From positions 1,240,001 to 1,304,000 of the forward strand of contig JBLDXI010000003.1 in assembly GCA_047495785.1 (NCBI GenBank): DNA of 64,000 nt. The letters run 5' to 3'. Below are positions 1 through 11,573 of the stretch, piece by piece. The translations under genes were made by a program, and so were the position numbers. Below the pieces are notes generated by a model, which worked only from the letters and a program-made list of their open reading frames with translations, was not told the origin of the DNA and ran no database searches. The stretch is from Lepidodermella squamata. Lineage: Eukaryota; Animalia; Gastrotricha. Positions within the stretch are counted from its first letter, which is position 1; every line of letters starts with the position of its first letter.

Positions 1-223
1 CAACGTTCAAAACAGGGCTGGTCTTTCTCCATTAATGATTGCGGCGAGATATGGTTACCTTGAAATTTTAGAGATGCTCCTTCAAGTTAGAAGTATCAAC
101 CTAGCGGCCAAGGATACCTATGGCTTCACAGCTACAGACTTTGCGTTTCAGTTCAAAAACTACGAAGCAGCCGGTCTTTTGACGATGTTTGAGGTCAGAA
201 ATTCGGCGAAGAAGGACGCGTGA
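1..223 (+). CDS. 3' end of an ankyrin-repeat gene (last two repeats); probably another CCP-ankyrin cluster member, truncated by the window edge
   Basis: GLSPLMIAARYGYLEILEMLLQVRSINLAAKDTYGFTA.. aligns with repeats 6-7 of the downstream paralogs. TGA at 221-223 and AATAAA at 315-320. Confidence 0.8.
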   Translation, partial: NVQNRAGLSPLMIAARYGYLEILEMLLQVRSINLAAKDTYGFTATDFAFQFKNYEAAGLLTMFEVRNSAKKDA

Positions 224-514
224 GCTGATTACTGATAATTATCTTTAAAACTCGTTGTATTTTTTTGTAAATCTTTCGTCGTCGCTCATTCTGCTCGCTG
301 ATATGAAGAAAAAAAATAAAAGGCACGTCGAGCAAGTTGACCAACACTAGTAGTTGAATACTTTTAACAAGTTAGTTTATGGTCACGTATGAAGGTTCTG
401 CTGCTACTGCTGGCCAGGCTCTTGGATTAATAGCATTACGCATAGGCACCTGTGATATCACGATGTAGTTTCTCGCTAGCCTAGAGAATTATTTACACGA
501 CCGACGTGTTTATC

Positions 515-2517
515 ATGATGCTTGTCGTCCTAACCACAATTTTACTATTTGCACTATCAAATGCCGTTGAATTTTGCCCGCGGCAAATCAACATCTTCAA
601 CGGCAATGTCGATTTCAGTGACGGCCGACCTAATCCTGTCGGAATTCGGCGACCTCTACTATGCTCGAAAGGTTTTATATCCCTTGGCCAACCTTACGTC
701 GAATGCACATCTGACGGCTGGTTCGTACCAGGAAATTGCATAAATCGAAGTAAGATTTTAAAAACCTCACAGGACGACTTTATCGTGATTTTCTTTTAGC
801 TTCATTTAGATGCCGGAGATCTGACGGATCATTACCTAAAATCGCATTTTGGGACAGCCCAGAATGGGTTGATGATTATTGGTTCGTAAGGCGTTCTTTC
901 AACTGTGTTGCTAATTACACCCTGAAAGGATTAAGCTATTACGAATGTGACGAAAATCAGAGAGCTCAATGGAAGGCAAGGGGATTCTGCGAGCTTACCG
1001 AAAATCAACTGACAGTCAAAAAAATCGTGCCAATGTGTTCCGATCTGGCGATGAATTTCCTTCCAAACGCGAATTTCACGGGAAATGCGATTCTAGCTCC
1101 GGCTGGGTATTACACAAGATTTTTCCGCTGTAATCCCGACTATTACCTATTTGGAAGCTCCCCGACTGCGTTGTGCAATCCAAATGAGAAGAGAAGTGAA
1201 TACTCTGGTTGGAAAATTCTTGGATCATGTCGACAAGGTTTGATTTATAATCCATCAATTTTTGGCTTAATTTTCTTGTTTTCAGATCCGATGAATTTCC
1301 CAACATGCCCCGAACCTATAATCGAAAATGGGCAAGTTCGAGTAGGAGCGAACACATTCTCCTCCCGCCGCTTCTTCCGCTGCGCTGCTGGCTATGAATT
1401 GCTTGGCGTCAACCACATTATTTGCACTCTAAATGGAACTTGGTTCACCGCAGGAGGCTGTGTACCAGTTGGACAGACAACTATGTTCCCAGCTACAACA
1501 ATTGCCGCCACTACCACGATAAATTATCCTTCTATTTTCGAGTTCGTGTCATTTCGCTCCCGTGCGCTGTCTAATACTAGTTCGCAGCTACCGTATTTTC
1601 GAAACAGCACTACAACTATGCAACCTAGCGTTGCCAGGATAACTATTCAACTAAAGACGACACTCAGGCCGAGAACAACAATGGGAGATTCTCCATTTCA
1701 AGCAATCACTCGGCGCAGGTCAACAACAGTTGCCCCCACTCAAGGAATCCCCCAAGGAATCATGAGATCAACTCAGGGGCAACTAAACACATGTATTTGT
1801 GGAGAAATCAACTCGCCAGACCTGGTCGCAGCAGCGAAATATGGAAACATTCAAACAGTTCAGTATCTCTTATCAAACGGGGCAAGTTACAATTCCGTTG
1901 ACGAAGCAAATCAAACGGCGCTACATGCTGCAATTCGAAATAACCAACAGCGAGTTGTTGAGATTTTCATGTCATGCGTTGAATGCATCAACCTCGAGGC
2001 TAGAGCTAATGACGGCGCGAACACTTTAATGGCCTTATCCAAAAGCAACGATTCATTGCCTGCTCTTGAGTATCTGTTGGCCAAAGGCGGCTTCGATCTC
2101 AACTCTGCGAACCGAAACGGCTCAACTGCTCTTCACATGGCTGCCGAGAATGGCAATATAGGAGCTTTGAGGATTCTCGTTGCCTCTGGGGCTAATTTGA
2201 ACAAATTAGACCATAAAGGAAATACGCCACTGCTAAACGCTGTTAGGAGTGGGTCGTTAGATTCAGTTCGGATTCTTCTCATGGGAACGGCGAATGTCAA
2301 CTTGAGTAGCAATAACGGCACATCGCCATTGATGGAAGCTGCTAGACTTGGTAATACAGATATTGTTAGGATGCTACTACGGCACCCGAGAATTAATCTC
2401 GATATCGTGGACAGTAAAGGCAATACAGCTGAAATGTTGGCCTACGCTAACAGGAACTTGGACGCTGGTCTGTTAATTCAAGAGAAACGCGAAAAAATGA
2501 AATTGAACTCAAATTAA
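515..2517 (+). CDS. Secreted Sushi/CCP(x4)-Thr-rich linker-ankyrin(x7) protein (cluster gene 1); exons 515-749, 800-1237, 1286-2517
   Basis: Hydrophobic N-terminus MMLVVLTTILLFALSNA. Four C..C..GY..G...C...W...GxC modules and seven GxT(A/P)LxxA ankyrin repeats. Two phase-1 GT-AG introns of ~50 nt; AATAAA ~2570. Confidence 0.85.
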
Positions 2518-2704
2518 ACTAATTAACTTATTTTGTATTAAAATCATTCACATGTTTTTGCAACGGAAAAATAAAAGATTAAAGCCGCGCACTGCTGCTA
2601 TTTTGGCTATTACCACCGCAAAACATAAATACGGATTATAGCGATAAGCTGATATAAAATTTTGCGCATGCTCGTCTCAAATGTCAACATTTGTTTAAAC
2701 CACA

Positions 2705-4567
2705 ATGCTACTCACAGCGATAATAATTGGTACCTTTGCTTGTGCGACATCCGCACAAATTTCTGAGGGCAATGTTTGCGCCAATGAACTTTCCATCTAC
2801 AATGGATACGTTGACTTCAGTGATGGCAAGGTGAATCGAATCGGTGTGTCTCGGGCAATCATCTGCAGGCCTGGCTTTATAAGCATGGGCTGGCCAATTG
2901 TTACTTGCGTCTCAACAGGATGGTCTGTGAGAGGAACATGCGTTAACCGAGGTGAGATATTTTCAATCTTTAGTTCCCAACCATTAGTATTCTAACATTT
3001 CAAGCTATGCTAAAATGCCCAAGCTCGGACTATGCACTGGCTTCGAATGCGTATTTCACCGAACCAGAGTGGGCGGATGAAGAATGGGTGCTGAGGCGAT
3101 CATTTGCTTGCGGACAAGGCTACGAACTTCGCGGGTCAAGCTTTTACGAATGTTCCGATGACGACCATCAACCGCAGTGGGTGGCTAGAGGGTTCTGCGA
3201 AATGGCTACCAACAACCGCGAGCCGACTACAGATGACCTGTGGCAATGCTCTGAATTCGCATCGGATGGCTTAGTGAAAAATGGAGAATTCCCTGTCGAA
3301 TCGCGTTCAGCCCCTGCAGGATATCTCGTCCGCGATTTCCGGTGTTTACCGGGTTACTTCGCGACTGGATGGGCTCAGATTGCTGTTTGCAACCCAGCTG
3401 AACGCAGGGAAAGATACTCTGGCTGGAAAGTACTCGGCGGCTGCACTATGCGTAATTATTAATCCATTGAACATTAATTCTTTTATTTTTCCATTCTGAA
3501 TAGGTCAAATCATTTTTCCAAACTGTGGCACGCCGTTGGTCGAGAACGGCAAAGTAGAGCCAGGAGAAGAAACACCCGGAGCAACGCGGACGTATCGATG
3601 TAACAAGGGCTACAAAAGGATGGGTGCTGATCAGTTAATCTGTTCTGTCGATGGGACCTGGTTCACCTCAGGAATTTGCATACCTTCACCAAGTGATATC
3701 GATCAAGTATCCACTGTTGCAAGTTTAAAACTAACAACTAAACGAAGGAAGAGGCCTACAACGCGAACTACAATCAGACGAACTACAAGAAAGCCGACTA
3801 CAACTCAACAGAAATGTAAATGTGGCTCGAGGAATTCGAAAGATCTCGTATTAGCGGCTGAATCTGGCAGTGTTAGGAAGGTCCAATACTTCCTTAATAA
3901 GGGCATCAGTTACAATTCAAGAGACTCTGCAAATCGATCAGTACTCCTGGCAGCTTGCGAGAATGAACAGAGCGAAGTCATTAAAGTTCTGTTCAAATGC
4001 ATCGAATGCATTGACGTTAACTACGCTGATTCAAATGGAATAACTGCTCTAATGCATCTAGCTAAATCTAATCGAACAGTTGAGCACATTCAAAATTTGA
4101 TTACGCAAGGGGTTAACGTGAATGCTGCGAGTAAAAATGGCTCAACAGCTCTCCATTTTGCGGCTAGTTCTGGGAGTTACGTCGCTATTCGTCTTCTTCT
4201 CATGTCCGGAGCTTGGCCTAACAAAATGGACCATGGAGGCAATTCGCCTCTGATCTACGCCGTCACAGGCCGATTTTCCGAGGCAGTTAAAGTTATAATC
4301 AACGGTAAAGGAAACGTGAATCTATCAAATAATACTGGATTTTCGCCGCTCATGGTTGCGGCAAAACTTGGCTATTTAGAAATCGCGAATATTCTACTAG
4401 GTCAGCCGAAAATTCTGCTGGATATTGTTGATAGGGACGGAAATACGGCCGAGAAACTGGCTTATTCGATGGGGCTATTTGAAATTGTCAGTCAAATTCG
4501 ATTAAGGCGGAAACAAAATGATACAGAGTCTGAAAAGGATTCCAGACTACACAGATTCGGAACCTGA
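2705..4567 (+). CDS. Secreted CCP(x4)-basic/Thr linker-ankyrin(x7) protein (gene 2, close paralog of gene 1); exons 2705-2951, 3005-3451, 3504-4567
   Basis: Signal peptide MLLTAIIIGTFACATSA. Same exon structure and same CCP inserts as gene 1 (NPAERRERYSGW vs NPNEKRSEYSGW). Splices keep the frame; AATAAA ~4590. Confidence 0.85.
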
Positions 4568-4708
4568 ATTATTGTTTTGCTTTATTGTAAATAAACGTTT
4601 GGATTCTTTGCACTCTTTTTAAACGCCCACTTATTTGAGTGTGTTAAGCATTAAGTTTACACGGCTTCCACTCACTGTTGTCCACAGTCCGGCATCAGGC
4701 CTGAAAAA

Positions 4709-5828
4709 ATGTATACAGGCTTCTTTGTTTTGCTAGCTGCTGTTAGCTCGAGTAAGTTTTACACGCAAAATTCTAAAATCTGACAAATCTCTCCTCTAGT
4801 TGCCGTTTTTGATGTCGAACGGTCTGGAAAATGTACTCCAGAGCCGTACGGGCTTGAAAACGCGAATTTTACTGAATTCGGTTGGGAGACCAATGGAACA
4901 GTGTGGAAAAAATTTGAATGTGATCGTGGCTACGCCATAAGCGGCCAGCCATTTATTAGATGCGATCCTAACAACGGAACAGGCCGATGGGAGCTCCAAG
5001 GGAATTGTGTTGCCGGTACGCGTTAACAAATTTCTGTATAACTGTATAAACTCAAGTGATATGAAGGTTCTTTCGCGAAGAATTGTGGCGCAGATCCGAA
5101 AATCGACTACGCTTTTGTGTACCCTGGATCCTCTGCAGTAGGTTCAGTTCGCTACTTCTCCTGCGATGCTGGCCTTCGAGTCGTTGGGGAGCCGACTGTC
5201 ACATGTGGAAGCGAAGGCCGCTGGAGGTCCTGGGGGACATGTCAAGTGGGAAGTAAGTCTTGCATCACGAAAAGGATTGATTCGATCAATCTATTTCACA
5301 GCTGACCCTCCTCAACGCTGCGAACGCTATGCTAGACTCCTTAACGCTATTGTCGATCAAAGCAGTGGCGCCCTGGTCGGTACTACCCGGTATTTCACAT
5401 GCGCCCCTGGTTACTACCTTGTCGGACGCAATTCGATAACGTGCCGCTCGCCTGGTTACTGGGACCCAGCTGGCGACTGTCGTAAAGGCTGTGGGGAGCC
5501 TGCCTCTATCGAAAATGGCGGTTTTGGCTACGGCCAGTCTGATACGAATGCAGCGAGAAAGGTGTACTGTTTCGACGGATACCAATACAATGGTTTGACT
5601 TCGATGATTGGATGTCGTGAAGACGGAACTTGGAGCGAGTTGGATGGTTCTTGCGAGCCAACTATCGAGTATGTTGATCCGGTGTGGGGAATGGTTAATG
5701 CTAGGTTACAAATGGCGACAACGCGAGAACCTCCTCGCCCAACCCCCACGCTAAGAAGGATCATTCTTGGAGCTGCAGCAGTTACGAGAAACGATGTCAC
5801 CACGCCTCATCTAGATCAAATGGGATGA
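4709..5828 (+). CDS. Secreted CCP(x4)-only protein (gene 3); 4 exons ~4709-4751, 4800-5015, 5067-~5252, 5302-5828
   Basis: MYTGFFVLLAAVSS|IA signal peptide is split by an intron. Four CCP modules and a Pro/Thr/Arg tail, with no ankyrin. AATAAA ~5864. Confidence 0.8.
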
Positions 5829-6295
5829 ATTATGGACTAAATGAATTGCAGTTAAAAATGAGCAATAAATGGGAATTTTTAATTTCCATCGAAATTATGA
5901 TTTTTTGCTGCTTAATTTTCATCATTCAGAAGAACATTTCACTTGAATTCCGAGTGTTAGTAAAATCTAAGACGCCCACATCTAAGTGCAATATTTCAAT
6001 CTTACTACAAGATTGAAGTTGGTCATCTCAAAACCTGCCCGCTAATACGTGGAAACGCCAATTGTGCTTGCGAATACTACAAGACCACGTTTAAGTGTAA
6101 TTTGTGTTGTTTTTTCATGGTGGTCACTCTCTCGCGTCAAGCAGCCAAGTATGAGTTGGACAAAAAGATGAGTTTATGTTGTTGGCCGCTCAACATGAAA
6201 AGCAGGCTTGTAATTAAGCCAATGATGTAGTTACTATCAATGTTAATATAAAAACAAATTAATGACTGTTGTTGATGTGAGATTACACGACGGTG

Positions 6296-8410
6296 ATGAT
6301 TCTAGAAATCTTAAGCATCGCGGTAGCAGTACTTACCATTCAAGCGCAGCCGAACGCAAGCCCTTGCGTCCTGGTTCCGGTTGTTGAGAATGGCTACGTT
6401 GATTTGGCTGGTAACCCAAATGTGGTAGTAGGCGAAACGCGCATCGTGCGCTGTAACTTGGATGCTAGTTATGTCATATTCGGCAGCACTCGCGTCTTCT
6501 GTACCGAGAATGGATGGACCCAACCTGGTAGATGCATCCGGGGTCAAAGTAAGCATAAACATCAGGGAACCTTTTTTGATCCGCAATTTTAACATCGGGG
6601 AAAATCTTTAAATAGGTTACTAAAGCTTACTGAACCTTTTCCCCAATAATTTTCTTAAAGATTGCATTTTCTGACCTATTTTCCCTGCATAGTATCGTTA
6701 AGCCGGCAATGTCGACCGTTATTGGGACAAGAAGTTCCTAATGCTTACTACACGTCAGAAGAGTACCAGAACACAAACGGCGCCCAGCAACGACTGTTCG
6801 CCTGCAAAGATGGCTACAAGTTGAAAAATATGGGCCTAATCCTCTGCCAATGGGATCCGATGGCCAACGTAGCTGTATGGAAAGCTTTCGGAACCTGTGA
6901 ATTGCGTATGGCAAGGAAAATTCTGAATCTCTTATTTTCTAACCAAATTTGTTTTCCAGCTGCTAAGAACGCAAATAAAGACTGCTCAGAACCCTCGCTA
7001 CCTAACGGCAGGGTCTTCACTGGAACGAATGAAGACGGTGTCATAAGAGGCTTCACGTGCCTTCCCGGTTTTACTCTGACCGGCTCGGCATTAATAACCT
7101 GTAGCAACGGGACTTGGGTTGCTACGGGGGAGTGTTTAAGCCCTCTTGAAAACGATGTATCGCTTCGACCATCTCGAACCACTGTCTTCACATTTCCAAC
7201 ATTTCCGACTTCGACAGAGTTTCCAACTTTCCCTCCACGGCCTGCTACAACAACACCAGTACCAACGGTGTTCTTCATCACAGTTCCGATGTTTTCCACC
7301 CCATCAACGCGCCCGTTTACTATGAACACGGATTTCATCCCCCTTCGGTGCCCAGATAACCCGATGACTCCGAATGCCATCATAAAACCGGGTGGAAATC
7401 TTCCTGGGGACATGCGCCTGTTTGACTGCCGTGATGGCTACGTGTTGACTGGCAGGGGAAGGCTGGTTTGCAGTCGATCCGGCGTTTGGTTACCAGATGG
7501 AGATTGTTCGGCTCCAAGTATGTTGTCACATCAAAAGCAAATTCAAGTGAAAAGTTATTTTTGAAATAGGCTTCTCGTTTTTAACGCCAAAACCTGGCAC
7601 TCAACGTAAGTTTAACACAGCGGAAAGAATGCATTATATTTGATTATTCTTTCAGTTACAACATGGCGGAATACAATTGGGACCGAAGAATTTCCAGCAG
7701 ACTGCAAATGTTTTGGCCGGCAAAACTCTCCGGACCTAATTCAGGCCGTGAAGACGGGTAATTTGGCGAGGGTGGACCAACTACTCTCCGTGGGTGATGC
7801 AGATCCAAATTCTGTTATAGCTGGTTGGACCGCCTTAATGGTGGCATGTGACAACGCGAATGGCGTCATTCTCGATAGGCTCCTTGAATGCGGGTCTTGC
7901 CTAGAGGTCGACAAGAAAAACGAGGCTGGAACTACAGCGTTGATGTTCGCGGCAACAGATGAAGATTTCTCGTTTGGCGCCGGTAAACTACTGACAGCAG
8001 GCGCGAAAGTTAACGAACGCGACGGCTTAGGAACAACTGCTCTATCACTTGCAGCTCAATACGGACGAACTGAAACTGTTAGGACTTTGATAAGATATGC
8101 TGCGAACATCAACGTGGTCGACAATTTTTCAAACACTCCCCTTCTTTACGCAACAGCTGGGAATCATACAAGCACGGTCAGGCTACTGCTTTTCGCTGGA
8201 GCGGATGTTAATGCGAGAAATGCAAGAGGCAGTACGGCTATGATGATAGCTGCTCGTTGGGGCTACATTGAAATTGTCGGAGCGCTACTGAATTTCAATC
8301 CGAATTTGTACATAGCCGATAGTGATGGCAAAACAGCATTGCGTATCGCAGAAAGCTACGGCCAAACAAGGATCGCTCAGATTCTCAGAAACAGCATGAC
8401 CTCTGCTTAG
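6296..8410 (+). CDS. Secreted CCP(x4)-ankyrin(x7) protein (gene 4); exons ~6296-6548, 6693-6905, 6960-7517, 7570-7605, 7656-8410
   Basis: Signal peptide MILEILSIAVAVLTIQA. Three CCPs, an FPT-rich linker, a fourth CCP, then CKC..NSPDL and seven ankyrin repeats. Phase-1 introns; AATAAA ~8435. Confidence 0.85.
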
Positions 8411-8519
8411 TATTTTTGTATCAGTTTTGTTAGAAATAAAAGCGGATTAGCTACTCAGATTAACGTGATACAAGCGGTGAAAGCCTCATCACGTTATCTT
8501 CTTTTAACATCTTTAACAA

Positions 8520-9904
8520 ATGTATTCAACTTTGGTTATCATTTGCGTTTCCTTCTTCATTCCGGTAAAGCTTCAAAGTATTCCCGCGGGTAGGCTAAAT
8601 TAGGATTTGCTGCCAACTGGTTATACTTGCCATTATTTCAAGCCAAGAACTGCTACCCCTTAGCCAATGTTCCAAATGGCGTGATGGGACCTGGTAGTAA
8701 CGAAATCGGGGCCGAGAGGAACATTACGTGCAACAAAGGCTATGTTTTGGTGGGCCCTCCGAAAATCATTTGTTCCACGGCAGGGAAATGGTATATGAGA
8801 TGCCGATGCATGCCAGGTAGACTGATTTCTCAGAATTCTTCAACCTCGTATTGATTTTCGAAAATAGCCAATCTTACACGATGCGGCCGTCCTCTATCGG
8901 TGGATGGTGGGACCTATCGAATATCAGCAGACAATACCTCTGTTTACCTCGATTGCAATGCCGGCTATCGAATCACGCGACCTTCTATTTTAAAATGTGA
9001 GCAGACTGGATTTTGGTCAAGGCCCCAAGGCTTCTGTATACCAAATGACGCCCCAACTGCTGTAACTTCAACTGTTAATCCTAACAAGTGTTGCGCAGGT
9101 AGCAGGTCGAATTCCTTGGCTCTAGTCCAAGCAGCAAGAGCTGGAAATATCACTTTGGTGGATAGAATTTTGCTAACGGGAAATGCCTCTGCTAACTCGA
9201 GAGATGCCAACGGATGGACAGCTTTAATGTGGGCTGCGAATAATCGACATAGAAATGTAGCCAATCGACTGTTACAATGCTGTGCTGATCCAAATCTGAA
9301 AAGCTACTCGAACACTACGGCTCTAATGTTAGCCGTAAAGAGTGGAAGTTCAGAGATAGTCAAGGCCTTACTATCAAAGAAAGCGGATACAAACGTGGCA
9401 AATCAGTATGGCTCGACTGCTGCCCTTTTTGCTGCTCAAATTGGTGATTTGGATGCTTTAACGCTTCTTCTAAATAACGGAGCCGATGTGTCAGCAAGGG
9501 ATATCAGCAACAATACTATGTTGCACACAGCTGTTCGGGGGAACCATATTGATATAGTCAAGTTTTTACTCCGGATGAAGGAAATTGACGTAAATGCTGT
9601 TAATAACGATGGGATATCACCTCTAATGCTAGCTGCTAATTCTGGCTTTACGACTGTTGTGACGCATCTACTTGAAGTTGAGGGGATCGACCTATTCCTC
9701 GGCGATAATGAGGGCCGAACTGCAAGGACATTGGCGGAGGAAAAAGGCCACTCGGAAATTGTTTCGCTGTTGGAAGATGCTGAGAATGGATTCGAAGTAA
9801 ACATGATGACTGAAATAATTGAATCGACGACTTCGACCCTTACTAAACTCACAGCGAAGACCGCAGGTACAACAGAGTCCGATGCATCGTTCGGTCTACC
9901 TTGA
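8520..9904 (+). CDS. Secreted CCP(x2)-ankyrin(x7) protein with Thr-rich tail (gene 5); exons ~8520-8589, 8643-8816, 8868-9904
   Basis: MYSTLVIICVSFFIP N-terminus, two CCPs, then KCCAG..NSLAL and seven ankyrin repeats. AATAAA ~9952. Confidence 0.8.
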
Positions 9905-10403
9905 GCACTATTTGGAAAAAAATTATTAGATTACTTTTGATTGTTTAGAAAAATAAAAACAACAGTCGCGTTCGTTTGATTTCACGTTTCACTGCCGGAT
10001 GGTTTATTCGAACTAAAGATAAAGCAAGAGTTAGCGTCCTTCATATCTGCACTCCGACCTTTGAATCCCTTAGGCCGCTGTGTTATGGGATCTAGGGTCC
10101 ATTCGCACCAGTTATGAGTAAGGTTTGTTGCAGAGAATATTCAGTTACTCATTCACAGAATGAAAAAATAGTAGCCTAAACACGTCTGTCGACGTAAAAA
10201 GTAGTGAAATTCCCCGTTATACTTTTTTCCAACGGCTGACGTGCCTTGTGATATTGCACGCCTACGTTCGACTTGGTGACTCATTCGAGGACCGTGACGT
10301 GTTTAGTAGCCCTACGCAACACGAATCAAGGGCTCTAAATAGCCTTCGAAATTCAGGCCTAACCATTCAGTTCTGAAATACTTGAAAGCAAATAACAACA
10401 ACA

Positions 10404-10874
10404 ATGCAGTTTGTTCTTCTTACTTTGGCCCTGGTGGCTGTTCTACCTAGTACTCTATGCTTATCCTGTGATCAACTCCCGTTGGCAAAACACGGTTTCT
10501 TCATAGTGCCACTCAATGGGATGCCATCTGATGATGTACCAGATTTCCGAGTCCACTCAGCCATTCTAGTCTGTAATGCTGGATATAAACTGGTTGGTGA
10601 ATCTTTGATCAAATGCATGGACAACAATGAATTCAGTCAAATTGGTCAATGCATCCCTGGCCCTTGTGGCGAACCGCCTGTTATAGCGAAAGGCAACATT
10701 TTCTTCGATGGTGATAGCAAGCCCGAAGAAAGAGTCTCTATCTACTGTGATGACGGCTATTCTTTGGCTGGCAACGCGTTTTCCAGCTGTGACGCCCTGA
10801 CAAAGAAATGGAGCGAACCCGGAAAGTGCTTGCCAGATCCATCGGCAACTCCAAGAAAGCCTTACTTTTCATGA
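10404..10874 (+). CDS. Small intronless secreted CCP(x2) protein (gene 6)
   Basis: Signal peptide MQFVLLTLALVAVLPSTLC and two CCP modules in a single ORF. AATAAA ~10912. Confidence 0.85.
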   Translation: MQFVLLTLALVAVLPSTLCLSCDQLPLAKHGFFIVPLNGMPSDDVPDFRVHSAILVCNAGYKLVGESLIKCMDNNEFSQIGQCIPGPCGEPPVIAKGNIFFDGDSKPEERVSIYCDDGYSLAGNAFSSCDALTKKWSEPGKCLPDPSATPRKPYFS

Positions 10875-11573
10875 TTCCTGAACATGAGCAGTTCAATGCT
10901 TGATTTTTCCTAATAAATTGTGAATATTTTTGAAAGGATTGGTTATTTAAAAATTAAACTTGTATAGAAATTTTATCAATTTTCATGGTAGTGTTTGTAG
11001 TAGTAGAACTTGGGTAGAAAGTAGGTAAAAGTTGCTAATGTTAAACATTTCAGTCTCAGGTCTCAGCGTAACTTTCTTTAGGTAAAACTTAGAAGGTATT
11101 TGCCTTGTTTCTATTTATGTTTGGAGATACTTTGTCTACATAAATATTTCCCCTTACTAAAGTGTAATGAATAAGATGTGCGGCTTAGTGTCTCAACTAG
11201 TACCGCTCTCTAGCAGTATTATATACAATTTATACCCGCAAACACGCGCGCACTCTATTCTGCGGCATCGCTTTGCACTAAGAATTGTAATATACAAGTA
11301 TTAAGTATAACACATAACGTGTGTCTATTCACGGCCGTTTTTCCACTGTACACGCGCGGCCAGCCGGGCGCTTTGAGTTCCATTCACCTCAATGCTTTAC
11401 CTATCAATTGACACCACAACGACAACAACAATAACAATAAACATTTTATGACTTAAGGTGGCCATTCTAGGCCGCCTATTGATATACGAGAGCCTTATTA
11501 TGCGAATACCACTCCTGAAAAAATATTAAAACTTTGATAAATTATTTTAATTGATTTATCTTAGATCAAAATA

